Source: an uncultured Candidatus Rokubacteria bacterium (GTDB lineage: Bacteria > Methylomirabilota > Methylomirabilia > Rokubacteriales > CSP1-6). Taken from it: a DNA stretch of 64,000 bases. The position numbers and the translations under genes are program-made. The notes under the pieces were generated by a model that was given only the letters and a program-made list of their open reading frames with translations, had not been told where the DNA came from and made no database searches. The stretch covers positions 768,364 through 832,363 of the forward strand of contig CAVVEU010000024.1 of NCBI GenBank assembly GCA_963747235.1. Reading direction: 5' to 3'. Shown here one piece after another: positions 9,390 to 20,522 of the stretch (positions are counted from its first letter, which is position 1; each line of letters begins with the position of its first letter).

Positions 9390-10924
9390 TGGCCTCGCGC
9401 CGCCCCGTCTCGATCCTGATCGCCGCGCTCGGCGGGCAGGGCGGCGGCGTGCTCACCGAGTGGCTCGTGGGCGCGGCGGGCCACGCCGGCTACCCGGCCC
9501 AGGCCACCTCGATCCCGGGCGTGGCCCAGCGCACCGGCGCCACCACCTACTACGTCGAGGTGTTTCCCGAGCGGGTGGAAGCGGGCGGCGCGGAGCCGAT
9601 CTTCTCGCTCTACCCGACGCCGGGCGACGTGGACGTGATCATCGCGTCCGAGCTGCTCGAGGCCGGGCGCACCATCGAGATGGACTACGTCTCGCCCGGC
9701 CGCACCACCCTGGTCGCGAGCACGCACCGGCTCTTCTCGATCGCCGAGAAGTCGGTGCCGGGCGACGGGATCTACCCGAGCGAAGGCCTGGAGGCCGCCG
9801 CGCGCAAGCTCAGCCGTCGCTTCGTGGGCTTCGACGCCCTGACGGCCGCGCGCCAGCACCAGACCGAGGTCAACGCGCTGCTGCTGGGCGCGCTGGCGGC
9901 CACCGGCGTGCTGCCGATGACCGCGGCCGACTTCGAGGCCGCGATCCGCGAGGGCGGCGTCGCGGTGGAGCGCAACGTGCGCGGCTTGAAGGCGGGCCAG
10001 GAGCTGGTGGCGGCCGGGCAGCCGGGGACGGAAGCGCCGCCGGCCGAGCGCCCGTGGCCGGCCGTGAAGGCCGAGCGGGCGGCCGCGCTCGGTTCGCGAG
10101 GCGCCGCGTTCCTGGCGCTGGCCGCGCGGACCGAGGCCGAGTTCCCGGACACGCTCCATGCGACGCTCGGCGAAGCGCTCGCGAGGCTGATCGATTACCA
10201 GGACGCCCGCTACGCGGAGCTGTTCCTCGAGCGCGTCCGCCGGGTCCGCGCGCTCGACCCGGACGCGCGCCTGACGCGCGCCTTCGCCCGACGCCTCGCG
10301 GTGTGGATGACCTACGAGGACGCCATCCGGGTGGCCGACCTCAAGACGCGCCGCGCCCGCTTCGAGCGCATCCGCCGCGAGAACGCGGCGCCCGAGGGCT
10401 CGGTGGTCGTGGTCACGGACTATCTCAAGCCCGATCTGGACGAGCTCTACGGCATCCTGCCCGCCGCGATCGGCGCCCCCATCGCGCGCTGGGCGGAGCG
10501 GCGGTGGCCCGACGGCCGCCCGACGATCGGCCAGCACGTGAAGACCACATCGGTGGCAGGCTTCCTGCGCGTCTGGCTGCTCGCCCAGCTCCGCTGGCTG
10601 CGCCCGTCATCGCTCCGCCGCCAGCGCGAGTTCGCGCTGATGCGCCGCTGGGAGGACACGGTGCTCGCGGCCGCCGCGCTCGACCCGGCCCTGGCCGCCG
10701 AGGCCGCGGAGCTGGCCAATATCGTGAAAGGGTATGGTGAAGTGCGCCGCCGCCTCTCCGGCGCCCTCGAGCGCTTCCTCGACGACACGGTGCGCCCCGC
10801 GATCGAAGCCGACCGCCGCGCGGGCGCGGGCTACGCCCGCGCGACCGAGCTCGTCCGCGCCGGCCGCCACCGCCTCCTGGCCGACGAGAACGCGTCTTCT
10901 CTTACCCCTCACGGGAGAGGATAG
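9389..10924 (+). CDS. iorB: Indolepyruvate oxidoreductase beta subunit with extended C-terminal domain
   Basis: ALGGQGGGVL, TSIPGVAQRTGAT, LIDYQD..YA, WMTYEDAIRVADLK, IVKGYG; TGATG coupling. Confidence 0.88.
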   Translation: MASRRPVSILIAALGGQGGGVLTEWLVGAAGHAGYPAQATSIPGVAQRTGATTYYVEVFPERVEAGGAEPIFSLYPTPGDVDVIIASELLEAGRTIEMDYVSPGRTTLVASTHRLFSIAEKSVPGDGIYPSEGLEAAARKLSRRFVGFDALTAARQHQTEVNALLLGALAATGVLPMTAADFEAAIREGGVAVERNVRGLKAGQELVAAGQPGTEAPPAERPWPAVKAERAAALGSRGAAFLALAARTEAEFPDTLHATLGEALARLIDYQDARYAELFLERVRRVRALDPDARLTRAFARRLAVWMTYEDAIRVADLKTRRARFERIRRENAAPEGSVVVVTDYLKPDLDELYGILPAAIGAPIARWAERRWPDGRPTIGQHVKTTSVAGFLRVWLLAQLRWLRPSSLRRQREFALMRRWEDTVLAAAALDPALAAEAAELANIVKGYGEVRRRLSGALERFLDDTVRPAIEADRRAGAGYARATELVRAGRHRLLADENASSLTPHGRG

Positions 10925-10935
10925 GGCAGGGCACC

Positions 10936-11664
10936 ATGGCCGGCAACGCGCTTCTGACCCGCGACGGCCCCATCGCCACCGTCACGCTCAATCGCCCCGA
11001 TCGCCGCAACTCGCTGAGCGACGAGATGCTCGCCGAGCTGGGCGCGGCCTTCGCCGAGCTGCGCGACGACGCCTCGACACGCGTCGTCATCGTGACCGGC
11101 GCGCCGCCGGTCTTCTCCGCCGGGGCCGACGCCGGCCATGCCAAGGCCGCGACGCCGGAGGAGCGCCGCAAGCTCTTCCTCTCGCGCAAGTCGCAGTTCC
11201 GCCGCCTCTTCGAGCGGTCGAACGCGCTGCTCGAGAACCTCGAGCAGGCCACCATCGCCGCGGTGAACGGCCACGCGGTGGGCGGCGGCTGGGGCCTGGC
11301 GCTCGCGTGCGACTTTCGCATCGCCGCCGCGGAAGCGCAGTTCTGGATCCCGGAGGTGGACCTGGGCGTGCCGCTCGGGGTGGGTACCACCACGCGCTTC
11401 GTGCGGATGGTCGGGCCGGCGCGCGCCAAGGAGATCATCATGGGGTGCGCCCGCTACTCGGCGGCCGACGCCCAGGCCTGGGGACTCGTGAATCGCGTGG
11501 TGCCGGGGACCGAGCTGGCAAGGGCCGCGCGCGACTACGCGGAGCTCCTGGCCAGGAAGCCGGTCAAGCCGCTCGCCGAGGTCAAGGCCCGTATCAACGC
11601 GATCGCGCGCACCGGCATCCCCGAGGTCAACGCGATGACCGAGGGGTTCCTCGACCGCGAGTGA
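10936..11664 (+). CDS. Enoyl-CoA hydratase/isomerase family protein
   Basis: TLNRPDRRN, FSAGAD, AAVNGHAVGGG, LACDFRIA, PEVDLG. Confidence 0.92.
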   Translation: MAGNALLTRDGPIATVTLNRPDRRNSLSDEMLAELGAAFAELRDDASTRVVIVTGAPPVFSAGADAGHAKAATPEERRKLFLSRKSQFRRLFERSNALLENLEQATIAAVNGHAVGGGWGLALACDFRIAAAEAQFWIPEVDLGVPLGVGTTTRFVRMVGPARAKEIIMGCARYSAADAQAWGLVNRVVPGTELARAARDYAELLARKPVKPLAEVKARINAIARTGIPEVNAMTEGFLDRE

Positions 11665-11989
11665 CCGCGGCGGCCCACCGGGCCGACCAGGCGACCAGCG
11701 GCAGGAACTGCTCGATCAGCTCGCGCCCCAGCGGCGTGAGGCCGTAGCCCGCCGCGCCCGCCGACTCGAGCAGCCCGCTCTCCCGCAGCTCGCGCAGCCG
11801 CTCGTTGAGCACGGTGGGGCTCACGCCGCCGCAGGCCTCCTGGAGCGCGCGGAAGGTCAGCCGGCCCCCGCGCAGCTCCCAGATCACCCGCAACGTCCAG
11901 CGCCGGCTCAGCAGGTCCAGGAGGGCCATGATCGGCCGCCCCGTCCGTGAGCCCCGCACCGGCCGTCCCGGCCTCGGCGTCCCGGCCAT
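11627..11989 (-). CDS. HxlR family transcriptional regulator
   Basis: RGSRTGRPIMALLDLLSRRWTLRVIWEL...LNERLREL...YGLTPLG. Confidence 0.88.
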   Translation of the reverse strand: MAGTPRPGRPVRGSRTGRPIMALLDLLSRRWTLRVIWELRGGRLTFRALQEACGGVSPTVLNERLRELRESGLLESAGAAGYGLTPLGRELIEQFLPLVAWSARWAAAVTRGRGTPRSSR

Positions 11990-12006
11990 CGCGCGCCTCC
12001 TCTTGT

Positions 12007-12052
12007 GCTACTGAATACGTAGCGGTAGGATGTCTGCTACGGAAACGATAGC
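12007..12052. promoter_or_regulatory. Pair of GCTAC-N7-(G/A)TAGC operators between divergent HxlR and CMD genes
   Basis: gctac-tgaatac-gtagc (12007-12023) and gctac-ggaaacg-atagc (12036-12052). Confidence 0.65.
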
Positions 12053-12076
12053 ACAGGCTCACGGAGGATCGACGCC

Positions 12077-12688
12077 ATGACCGCCGCCCGCATCGCCCCC
12101 CTCGAGGGTCCGTACTCCCCGCCGGTCCAGGAAGCGCTGGACCGCATCATGCCGGCCGGCGTGCCGCCGCTCGCGCTCTTCCGTACCCTCGCGGTCAACG
12201 AGCGGGTCTTCCTCCGCCTGATGGCGGGCGGCCTGCTGGACCGGGGCTCGATCAGCCTGCGCGAGCGCGAGATCGTCATCGACCGGACCTGCGCGCGCTG
12301 CGGCTCGGAGTACGAATGGGGCGTGCACGTGGCCTTCTTCGCCGAGCGGGTCGGCCTCACCGCCTCACAGGTCGCCGCCACCTGCGCGCCCGAGGCGGAG
12401 GCCGGGGCGTTCCCGGAGCGCGAGCGCCTCCTCATCCGCCTGGTGGACGCCCTCCACGACGAGGCGCGCGTCGACGACGCGCTCTGGGCCGCGCTGCGGA
12501 TGGAATGGAGCGAGCCGCAGCTCATCGAGCTGATCGCGCTGGCCGGGTTCTACCACCTGATCGCGTTCGTCACCAACGCGCTCAGGATCCCCCCGGAGCC
12601 CTACGGGGCGCGGTTCCCGCGAGCGGACGGGCCGGGCGCAGCCGGTGATGGACGTTCTCCCCGCGCGTCTCCTTCAACAGGAGGCTGA
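12077..12688 (+). CDS. Carboxymuconolactone decarboxylase / AhpD-like protein
   Basis: REREIVIDRTCARCGSEYEWGVH; GGAGG RBS. Confidence 0.85.
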   Translation: MTAARIAPLEGPYSPPVQEALDRIMPAGVPPLALFRTLAVNERVFLRLMAGGLLDRGSISLREREIVIDRTCARCGSEYEWGVHVAFFAERVGLTASQVAATCAPEAEAGAFPERERLLIRLVDALHDEARVDDALWAALRMEWSEPQLIELIALAGFYHLIAFVTNALRIPPEPYGARFPRADGPGAAGDGRSPRASPSTGG

Positions 12689-13917
12689 TCGCGGCGCCCG
12701 TGAGCACGAAGAGCACGCAGAGCGCGAACGCGCCGCGGTAGGACGCCACCGGGTACACGCGGGCGCCCTCCACGAGGGCGCCCGTCCACCCCGCGTCCAG
12801 CACGGCGCCCACCGGGCCCTGGGTGAGCGCGGCGCCCACGAAGCCGCCCAGGTTGGTGACCGCCACCGCGCTGCCCGCGAGCTCCGGCGGGTTCACCTCG
12901 GCGCCCATCGGCCAGGTCGAGCACGAAGGCGCCGCCCGTGACGCCGAGGAGCACGAAGAGCGCACAGACGCCGGACAGCGGCAGGGTGCCGAGCGTCAGC
13001 ACGAACGCGAGCCAGACCAGGAACTGCCCGGTGACCAGGACGATGTAGGGGAGCTTGCGGCGGTGCAGCACGCGGTCGGACAGGTAGCCGGTGAGCGGAG
13101 CGGAGACGAGCAGCGCGAGCGAGGGCAGCGAGGCGTAGAGCGCGGCCTTCGTGGTCGTGAGGCCGTAGACGTCGCGGAGGAAGGGCACGCTCCACAGGAA
13201 GAAATTGCCCATCGCGGCGTAGAGGAAGAAGAAGCAGAGGAAGGGCGGCCAGGTGTGCGGATTGCGCAGCACCCGGAGCGTGCCGGCCAGCACGACCCGG
13301 AGCGACGCCCCGTGGGGGGACGCATGCGCGCCGGCGGGCCGGTCGCGGACGGCCGCCGCGCAGAGGAGCGCGGCCGCCAGCGTCGCCGCGCCGATGATGA
13401 TGAGGGCGCCGCGCCAGGACACGCTCGCGGCCAGCGCGGCGAGGGGCGCGCTGCCGACGAGCGCGCCGAGTACGCCCACCGTCGCGGTCAGCGCGGACAT
13501 CATCCCGAACTGCGAGCGTGGAAACCAGTTCGCTGCGATCTTCAGGGCCCCGGTGAAGGTCACGGTGGCGCCGAGGCCCACCAGCAGGCGGCCGGCGAAG
13601 AGAACGGCGGGGCTCGCGGCGAGCCCCATGGCGAGCGAGCCCACGCCCATGACCGCCCCGCCGCCCGCGATCACCCAGCGCGGGCCGACGCTGTCGATCA
13701 GCACCCCGCCCGGGACCATGAACCCCGCGTAGGAGTAGAAGTACATCGCGGAGAGCAGGCCCACCACGGTGCCGGTGATGCCGAACGCCTGCATCAGCTC
13801 CTTGGCGAGCACGCCGGGCGCCGCGCGGTGCAGGAAGGCGATCAGGAAGATGAGGGCCGGGATGCCCCACATGAGCCACCGGCGGGCCGCCGCGGCGGCC
13901 GGATCGGCGGTGGTCAC
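12582..13917 (-). CDS. MFS transporter (frameshift near 12915)
   Basis: FLIAFLHRAAPGV, PGGVLIDSVGPR, GYLSDR; C-terminus EVNPPELAGSAVAVTNLGGF in ORF 12582-12965. Confidence 0.85.
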
Positions 13918-14681
13918 GCGCCGCGGGTCCAGAAGCCGGCGGGGTCGCACTCGCGGACGATGGCGAGCTCCGCGGCGGTCGGCGTCGGCGTCGGCCCCAC
14001 GTCGGGCGCGGTCCGGAGCGTGAACCCGGTGGCGGCCCGGACGCTGTCCACGCTCTGGCCCGGATGATAGGAGGCCAGGTACATCTCGCAGGTCGCGGGA
14101 TCGAAGCGGAAGACGCCCAGCGTGGTGACCACCGCGGCGGGCCCGCCGCCGGTGAGCCCGACCCGCGCGCGCCAGCCCGGACCCTCGCCGAAGCCGGGCG
14201 AGGTGATGTAGTCCACGCGCTCGCGGAAGCGATGCTTCTCCTGCGGCATGATCACCACGAAGCGCCGGGCCAGGCTCGCGATGTCGCCGCCGCCGCCGCT
14301 GCCGGGCAGCCGCACCGTCGGCCGGCGCCAGTCCCCGATGTAGGACGTGTTCAGGTTGCCGAACCGGTCGATCTCGGCGCCGCCGATGAAGCCCAGGTCC
14401 ACCAGCCCCTGCTGGAGGAACGCCATGATCTCGATCGTGCCGGTGCACCACAACGCGCCCGGGATGTTCGGCGTGTCGCTCATGGTCATCAGGGTCTCGG
14501 GCGCCGGTTGATCGCGCACGATGCCGTTCTCGAAGAGCCCGGTGGCCCCGGGCGCGTGCGTGCGCTTGGCGTAGGCGAACGCGATCAGCGGCAGCCGCAT
14601 GCCGACGAAGACCACGTCCTGATCGCGGATCTCCCGGGCTGCCGCGATGACCATGAGCTCGCGCTCGGTGAAATCTGTCAC
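13914..14681 (-). CDS. Family I CoA-transferase beta subunit (GctB/PcaJ-like)
   Basis: VVFVGMRLP, FENG catalytic Glu, GGAEIDRFGNLN, RLPGSGGGGDIA. Confidence 0.9.
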   Translation of the reverse strand: MTDFTERELMVIAAAREIRDQDVVFVGMRLPLIAFAYAKRTHAPGATGLFENGIVRDQPAPETLMTMSDTPNIPGALWCTGTIEIMAFLQQGLVDLGFIGGAEIDRFGNLNTSYIGDWRRPTVRLPGSGGGGDIASLARRFVVIMPQEKHRFRERVDYITSPGFGEGPGWRARVGLTGGGPAAVVTTLGVFRFDPATCEMYLASYHPGQSVDSVRAATGFTLRTAPDVGPTPTPTAAELAIVRECDPAGFWTRGA

Positions 14682-15796
14682 GGGCGGAGGTCGAAGATCT
14701 GGGCGTTGCCCTTGACGAAGGGGTGGCGGCGGAGGGCTTCGGGGTTGAGCTCGACGCCGAGGCCGGGACCCTTCGGCACCTCCATCCAGCCGTCGCGCGC
14801 CTGGATCGGCCGGGCCAGGAACGGGGTCTCCTGGTCGCCGGTCGGGAACTCCACGGGCAGGGGCCCGCCGAAGGTCGCGGCCACGTGCAGGGTCGCGGCC
14901 AGCCCGGGGCCGAAGTAGAACGAGTGCGGCGCGATCGGCAGGTTCGCGGCCTGGGCGAGCGCGGCGATCTTCTTGAACTCCGAGATGCCGCCGACCTTGG
15001 TGACGCTCGGCTGCAGCACGTCGCCCGCCCGCTGCCGCACGATCTCGTTGAAGCCGTAGAGCGTGGATTCGTTCTCGCCCAGCGCGATCGGGGTCTCGGT
15101 GGCGGCGGCGACGCGCGCGAGGCCGGCGTAGTCCTCCGGCGGCCACACCGGCTCCTCCAACCAGAAGAGGCGGTAGGGCTCGAGCGCGCGGGCCATCGCG
15201 ATGGCCTCGAAGGGCGTCCAGGGGCAGTTGGTATCGAGCATCAGCTCCACGTCGGGTCCCACCGCGTCCCGCGCGGCGCGCACCGAGGCCACGTCGGTCT
15301 GGTGGAGCTTGAGCATGCGGAAGCCCTGGGCGACGAACTGCCGGCAGGCGCCCGCCACCGCCTCCGGCGTCTCGTAGCGCAGGAGGCTCGCGTAGGCGGG
15401 CAGGCGCGGCCGCCGGGCGCCGCCCAGCAGCTCGTACACCGGGGCGTTGCGCACCTTGCCGAGGAGATCCCACAGCGCGATCTCGATCCCGCTGATCGCG
15501 AACATGCCGAGCCCGCGCCGGCCGTAGATCATGGTGCCCCGGTGCATCACGTCCACCACCGCCTCGATCGCGAGCGGATCGAGCCCGATGACGAGCGGGG
15601 CCAGGCTCTCCTCGATGACGCTCACGACCGCGAGCGGCGCCCCGTAGGCGAAGGCCTCGCCGAGGCCGGTGACGCCCTCGTCGGTGTGCACGAGCACGTA
15701 GATCTGCTTGCGCGTGCCGCCGGTCCAGGGCGACGGCGGCGTCATCGGCTTGAGGGGAATGGCGAGCGGCACGGCCTCGATGGCGGTGATCTTCAT
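14678..15796 (-). CDS. Mandelate racemase / muconate lactonizing enzyme family protein
   Basis: TDEGVTGLGE, ALWDLLGK, MLDTN, WLEEP, LGENE, PGLGVE. Confidence 0.9.
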   Translation of the reverse strand: MKITAIEAVPLAIPLKPMTPPSPWTGGTRKQIYVLVHTDEGVTGLGEAFAYGAPLAVVSVIEESLAPLVIGLDPLAIEAVVDVMHRGTMIYGRRGLGMFAISGIEIALWDLLGKVRNAPVYELLGGARRPRLPAYASLLRYETPEAVAGACRQFVAQGFRMLKLHQTDVASVRAARDAVGPDVELMLDTNCPWTPFEAIAMARALEPYRLFWLEEPVWPPEDYAGLARVAAATETPIALGENESTLYGFNEIVRQRAGDVLQPSVTKVGGISEFKKIAALAQAANLPIAPHSFYFGPGLAATLHVAATFGGPLPVEFPTGDQETPFLARPIQARDGWMEVPKGPGLGVELNPEALRRHPFVKGNAQIFDLRP

Positions 15797-15799
15797 GGG

Positions 15800-16720
15800 T
15801 CAGGCTCCGTAGTCGAGTGGCTCGGACGGCAAGGGGTGGGTGACCCGCACCGCGTCGAGGACGCCCGCGTCGAGCCGGGAGAGGAAGGCCTTCCAGTCGG
15901 GCGCTCCGTGGACCCAGTGGCCGAGCCACTGCCGGAAGCCCTCCGGGGTCCGGCTCTCCTCGTGGAAGCGGTGGTAGAAATCGTGACGGCGACCATAGTA
16001 GCCCTGCACCGGCGAGGGAAACGCGCCCCACGGCTCGTGGACGACCGCGGCCACCTTGAGCGCGGGGGTGAGCACGAGGCCCGGGTCGCTCAGGATGCGC
16101 GCGCGCGGCCGGATCTCCTCGGCCACGATGATCACGCGCTTCGCCGCGAAGGCGGCCTGCCGCGTCACGCCCAGGGTGCCCCAGACGTGCGCGTGGCCTT
16201 CCTCGTCGGCGCGCTGCACGTGGAGGATGGCCACGTCGGGCGCGATCGCGGGCACCAGCAGGAGCGGGGCGCCGGACCAGGGGTCGGTCGCCGCCTTGAA
16301 GGTCGGGTTGGAGTTCGGCAGATCGGTCCCGAGGAGCGAGCGCGTGGGCAGGTAGGGCACGCCGAGGGCCGCGGCCTGGAGCGCGAAGGCGATGGTGAGG
16401 TTCGAGTGATCCTCCACCTCGATCGGCCCGGGCACGCGCTGCTCGACGGCGCGGCGGTAGTTGTAGCCGAGGCCCGCGCTGACGTTGCCGACCCAGGCCG
16501 CGATCACCCGGCGCACGCAGCCCGCGCCGATGAGCTGGTCGAAGAGGATGTCGGAGATGGGGCCGATCAGGGTGAGATCGCGCCGGCGCTGGCGGATCAG
16601 CTCGTGGCCCGCCGCGAAGGGGATGAGGGCCTCGAGCGCCGTGCCCATGCAGATCGAGGCGCCGTCCGGCACGAAGCGGGCGATGGCATCCCGCATGGAC
16701 ATGAGCTTGGGCGGCGGCAC
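15800..16720 (-). CDS. Family I CoA-transferase alpha subunit (GctA/PcaI-like)
   Basis: AGHELIRQRRRDLTL, AAALGVPYLPTRSLLGTD, PDVAILHVQRAD, PSPVQGYY. Confidence 0.9.
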   Translation of the reverse strand: MPPPKLMSMRDAIARFVPDGASICMGTALEALIPFAAGHELIRQRRRDLTLIGPISDILFDQLIGAGCVRRVIAAWVGNVSAGLGYNYRRAVEQRVPGPIEVEDHSNLTIAFALQAAALGVPYLPTRSLLGTDLPNSNPTFKAATDPWSGAPLLLVPAIAPDVAILHVQRADEEGHAHVWGTLGVTRQAAFAAKRVIIVAEEIRPRARILSDPGLVLTPALKVAAVVHEPWGAFPSPVQGYYGRRHDFYHRFHEESRTPEGFRQWLGHWVHGAPDWKAFLSRLDAGVLDAVRVTHPLPSEPLDYGA

Positions 16721-16729
16721 CCCGGTATC

Positions 16730-17675
16730 TTACTTCAGAGCGCGGCGGCGTACCTCTGGGGATCGGCGTCGAACAGCTCCTTGCAGCGCAGGCAGCAGAA
16801 GTAGACGGAGCGCCCGGCCCAGTCCGACTGGTGGCGCGCGGTGGCGATCTCCACCGTCATGCCGCAGATCGGATCCTTCGCCTCGGCGGTCGGCCGGCGG
16901 CTCGAAGCCGGCCGCCTCGACGTGGTCCGTCTTGCGGCTGTGCCGCGACGTGAATGATCTCGGCCAGGATGCTGACCGCGATCTCCTCGGGCGTCACCGC
17001 GCCGATGTCGAGGCCGGCGGGCGCCTTGAGGCGGCCGAGGTGCTCCTGCGGGACCCCGCGCTGGTGAAGCGTGGCCAGGACGCTCGCGGCCCGCTTGCGG
17101 CTGGCCACCAGGCTGATATAGCCGGCGGGCGTGGCGAGCACCTGGGTCAGCGCGTCCTCGTCGAGCTCGCCGTGCGTGGCCACCACCACCGAGGAGTCCG
17201 GCCCGAGCGCGAGGCCGCGCAGGGCGGCCGCCACCGCCTCTCCCGGCAGCGTCGCGACGTCATAGCCGGCGCTCCTGCGCGAGCGTGGCGAGCGTCTCGA
17301 TCACGGGCCCGTGGCCCACCAGGACCAGCAGCGCCTTCGGCAGGAACGGCTCCACGTAGATCTCCAGCGTGCCCCCGCTGTGGCACGTCATCGGATAGTG
17401 CACGATGCCTTCGGTCCGCGCCGGGTCGCGGCCACCGTCGCCCACCAGGACGACCAGACGCGGATGGCCGTCGCGCAGCGCCGCGAGCGCCTCCCGCGCC
17501 ACCACCGGCTCGGCGCACGCGCCCCCCACCCAGCCGGCGACGCTGCCGTCCGGCCGGATCAGGGCCTTCGCGCCGGGCTTGGCCGACGTCGGCCGCTCGC
17601 ACCGGACGACCGTGGCGAGCGCGAAGGCTCGCCACGGCGCCGGAGGTCTGCGGCCAGCGCGAGCAGATCTTGCAA
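16730..17675 (-). CDS. XdhC/CoxF family Mo-cofactor chaperone with C-terminal YHS domain (several frameshifts)
   Basis: FALATVVR..PTSAKPGAKA, GWVGGACAE, MTCHSGGTLEIYVEP, VVATHG, APAGLDIGAVTPEEIAVSILAEI, KDPICGMTV...VYFCCLRCK. Confidence 0.85.
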
Positions 17676-17678
17676 GCG

Positions 17679-20051
17679 CTACTCGGTGACGCCGTTCGTC
17701 GCGCAGGAGGCGCCAGACTTTGGGCGGCGTGATGGGAATGTCCACGTGGCGGACGCCGAGATGCCAGAGGGCGTCGACGACCGCATTGGCGATGGCGGCC
17801 GGGGCGCCGACCGTGGCGGACTCACCGACACCCTTGGCGCCGAGGGGGTGATGCGGCGACGGCGTCACCGTGTGGCCGGTCTCCCACTTCGGCGTCTCCA
17901 CCGCGGTGGGCACGAGGTAGTCGATGAAGCTGCCGCCCTGGATATTGCCGATCTCGTCGTAGGAGATCTCCTCGAAGAGCGCGGGCGCCAGCCCCATGGT
18001 GAGCCCGCCGTGCACCTGCCCCTGGACGATCATGGGGTTGATGATGTTGCCGCAGTCGTCGATGGCCACGAAGCGGCGCACCTTGACCTCGCCGGTGCCC
18101 TTGTCGATGTCCACCACGCAGATGTAGCTGCCGAACGGGTAGGTGAGATTCGGCGGGTCGTAGTAGCTGACCGCCTCGAGCCCGGCCTCCATCCCCTGCG
18201 GATGGTTGGTGTAGGCCGCGAAGGCGATCTCCTGGATGGTCTTGGCGCGATCGGGCGCGCCCTTGACCGAGAACTTGCCCGGCTCCCAGACCAGGTCTTC
18301 CGGCGCGGCCTCGAGCAGGTGCGCGGCGATCTTGCGGGCCTTGTCCTGGATCTTGCGCGAGGCCATGGCGGCCGCCGCGCCCGCCACCGGCGTCGAGCGG
18401 CTCGCGTAGGTGCCGAGCCCGTAGGGCGCGGTGTCGGTGTCGCCCTCCTCGACCTTGATGTCCTTGGTCGGGATGCCGAGCTCCTCGGCCAGGATCTGGG
18501 CGTAGGTCGTCTCGTGCCCCTGACCCTGCGACTTGGTCCCGAAGCGGGCGATGGCCTTGCCGGTCGGGATGGATCCGGATCTCGCAGCTGTCGAACATCT
18601 TGAGCCCGAGGATGTCGAAGTGCTTGGACGGGCCGGCGCCGACGATCTCGGTGAAGCTCGAGATGCCGATGCCCATCAGCTCCCCGCGCTTGCGCTTCTC
18701 GGTCTGCTCGCGCCGCAGGTCGGCGTAGCCGATCGTGTCCATGGCCTTGTGCAGGGCGCCCGCGTAGTTGCCGCTGTCGTACTCCCAGCCGAGCGCCGAC
18801 TTGTAGGGGAACTGCTCCGGCTTGATGAAGTTCTTCATCCGGAATTCGGCCGGGTCCGTGCCGAGCTGGTGGGCCATGATGTCCACCATGCGCTCGATCG
18901 TGTGCACGGCCTCGGTGACGCGGAAGGAGCAGCGATAGGCGATGCCGCCGGGCGGCTTGTTGGTGTAGACGCCGTCGACCTCGACGTGCGCGGCCTTCAG
19001 GTCGTAGGACCCGGTGCAGACGTGGAAGAGCCCGGCCGGGAACTTGGACGGATTCGCGGCCGCGTCGGTGTAGCCGTGGTCGGCCAGCGTCTTGATCCGC
19101 AGCGCGGTGAGCGTCCCGTCCTTCTTGGCGGCCAGCTCCGCGGTGATGTGGTAGTCGCGCGCGAAGGAGTCCGCCTGGAGATTCTCCATGCGGTCCTCGA
19201 TCCACTTCACCGGCTTGCCGGTGAGCACCGAGGCGGCCACCGCGATCACGTAGCCCGGGTAGACCGGCACCTTGCCCCCGAACCCGCCGCCGATGTCCGG
19301 GGAGATGATGCGGATCTTGTGCTCTTCGCAGCCCCACGTGGCCGGCCACCAGCGCGAAGACCGTCCGGATCGCGTGGGGGGCCTGCGTGGTCATCCACAC
19401 CGTGAGCTTGTCCTGGACCTTGTCGCAATGGGCGACGCAGCCGCACGTCTCGATGGAGGCCACGTGGATGCGCGGGATGTAGATGTCCTCCTTGACCGTC
19501 ACGTCGGCCTCGGTGAAGGCGCGGTCGGTCTCGGCCCGGTTGCCCCACTCCCAGTGCCAGATGTGATTGTCCTTCTTGTCCTTCTTGTCGGTGCGGAGCA
19601 CCGGCGCGCCCGGCTCCAGCGCCTTCTTCGGGTCCACCACGACCGGCAGGGGCTCGTACTCGACCTCCACCGCGGCCACGCCGTCGGCGGCCGCGTAGCG
19701 GCTCGTGGCCAGCACCGCCGCCACCTCCTGAGCCTGGTACATGACCTTCTCGACCGGCAGCACCATCTGGGTGTCCGACATGAGGGTCGGCATCCAGTGC
19801 AGGTTGTACTTGGCGAGATCCTGGCCGGTGATCACCGCGAGCACGCCCGGGATGGCGAGCGCCTTCGTGCTGTCGATCTTCTTGATCTTGGCGTGGGCGA
19901 ACGGGCTGCGCACGATGTCGAGGTAGAGCATGCCGGGCAGCACCACGTCGTCCACGTACGTGCCCTTGCCGCGGATGAAGCGCGGGTCTTCCTTGCGCTT
20001 GATGGAGTGCCCCATCCCACCGACTTCGGGCGATGTCCGGAGTGCCATCAT
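17679..20051 (-). CDS. coxL: Aerobic CO dehydrogenase large subunit, form I (frameshifted near 19330, 18560 and 17700)
   Basis: [21 protein letters not shown], active-site [15 protein letters not shown]. Confidence 0.95.
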
Positions 20052-20518
20052 GCGCCTCCCTGGAGCGTGACCGCCGCGTGCTGGACGGCCTTGACGATGT
20101 TGACGTAGCCGGTGCAGCGGCAGAGGTTGCCGGAGATGGCCCGGCGGATGTCATCCTCGGTCGGCTTCGGATTCTTCTTGAGGAACGCCACGCTGGTCAT
20201 CAGCATGCCCGGCGTGCAGTAGCCGCACTGCAGCCCATGCTCGGCGATGAAGGCGTCCTGCACGGGATGGAGCTTGCCGTCCTGCTCGAGCCCCTCCACC
20301 GTGGTGATCTCGCGCCCGTGCGCCTGGACCGCGAACATGGTGCAGGACTTGATCGGCCGGCCGTCGAGCAGCACCGTGCAGGCCCCGCAGTGGCTCGTGT
20401 CGCAGCCGATGTGGGTGCCGGTGAGCCGCAGGTTCTCCCGGATCAGGTGGACCAGGAGGAGCCGCGGCTCCACCTCCGCCTCGTGCTTCTCCCCGTTGAT
20501 CGCGACCTTGACGAGCAT
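20048..20518 (-). CDS. coxS: CO dehydrogenase small 2Fe-2S subunit
   Basis: [29 protein letters not shown]. Confidence 0.95.
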   Translation of the reverse strand: MLVKVAINGEKHEAEVEPRLLLVHLIRENLRLTGTHIGCDTSHCGACTVLLDGRPIKSCTMFAVQAHGREITTVEGLEQDGKLHPVQDAFIAEHGLQCGYCTPGMLMTSVAFLKKNPKPTEDDIRRAISGNLCRCTGYVNIVKAVQHAAVTLQGGA

Positions 20519-20522
20519 GGGC

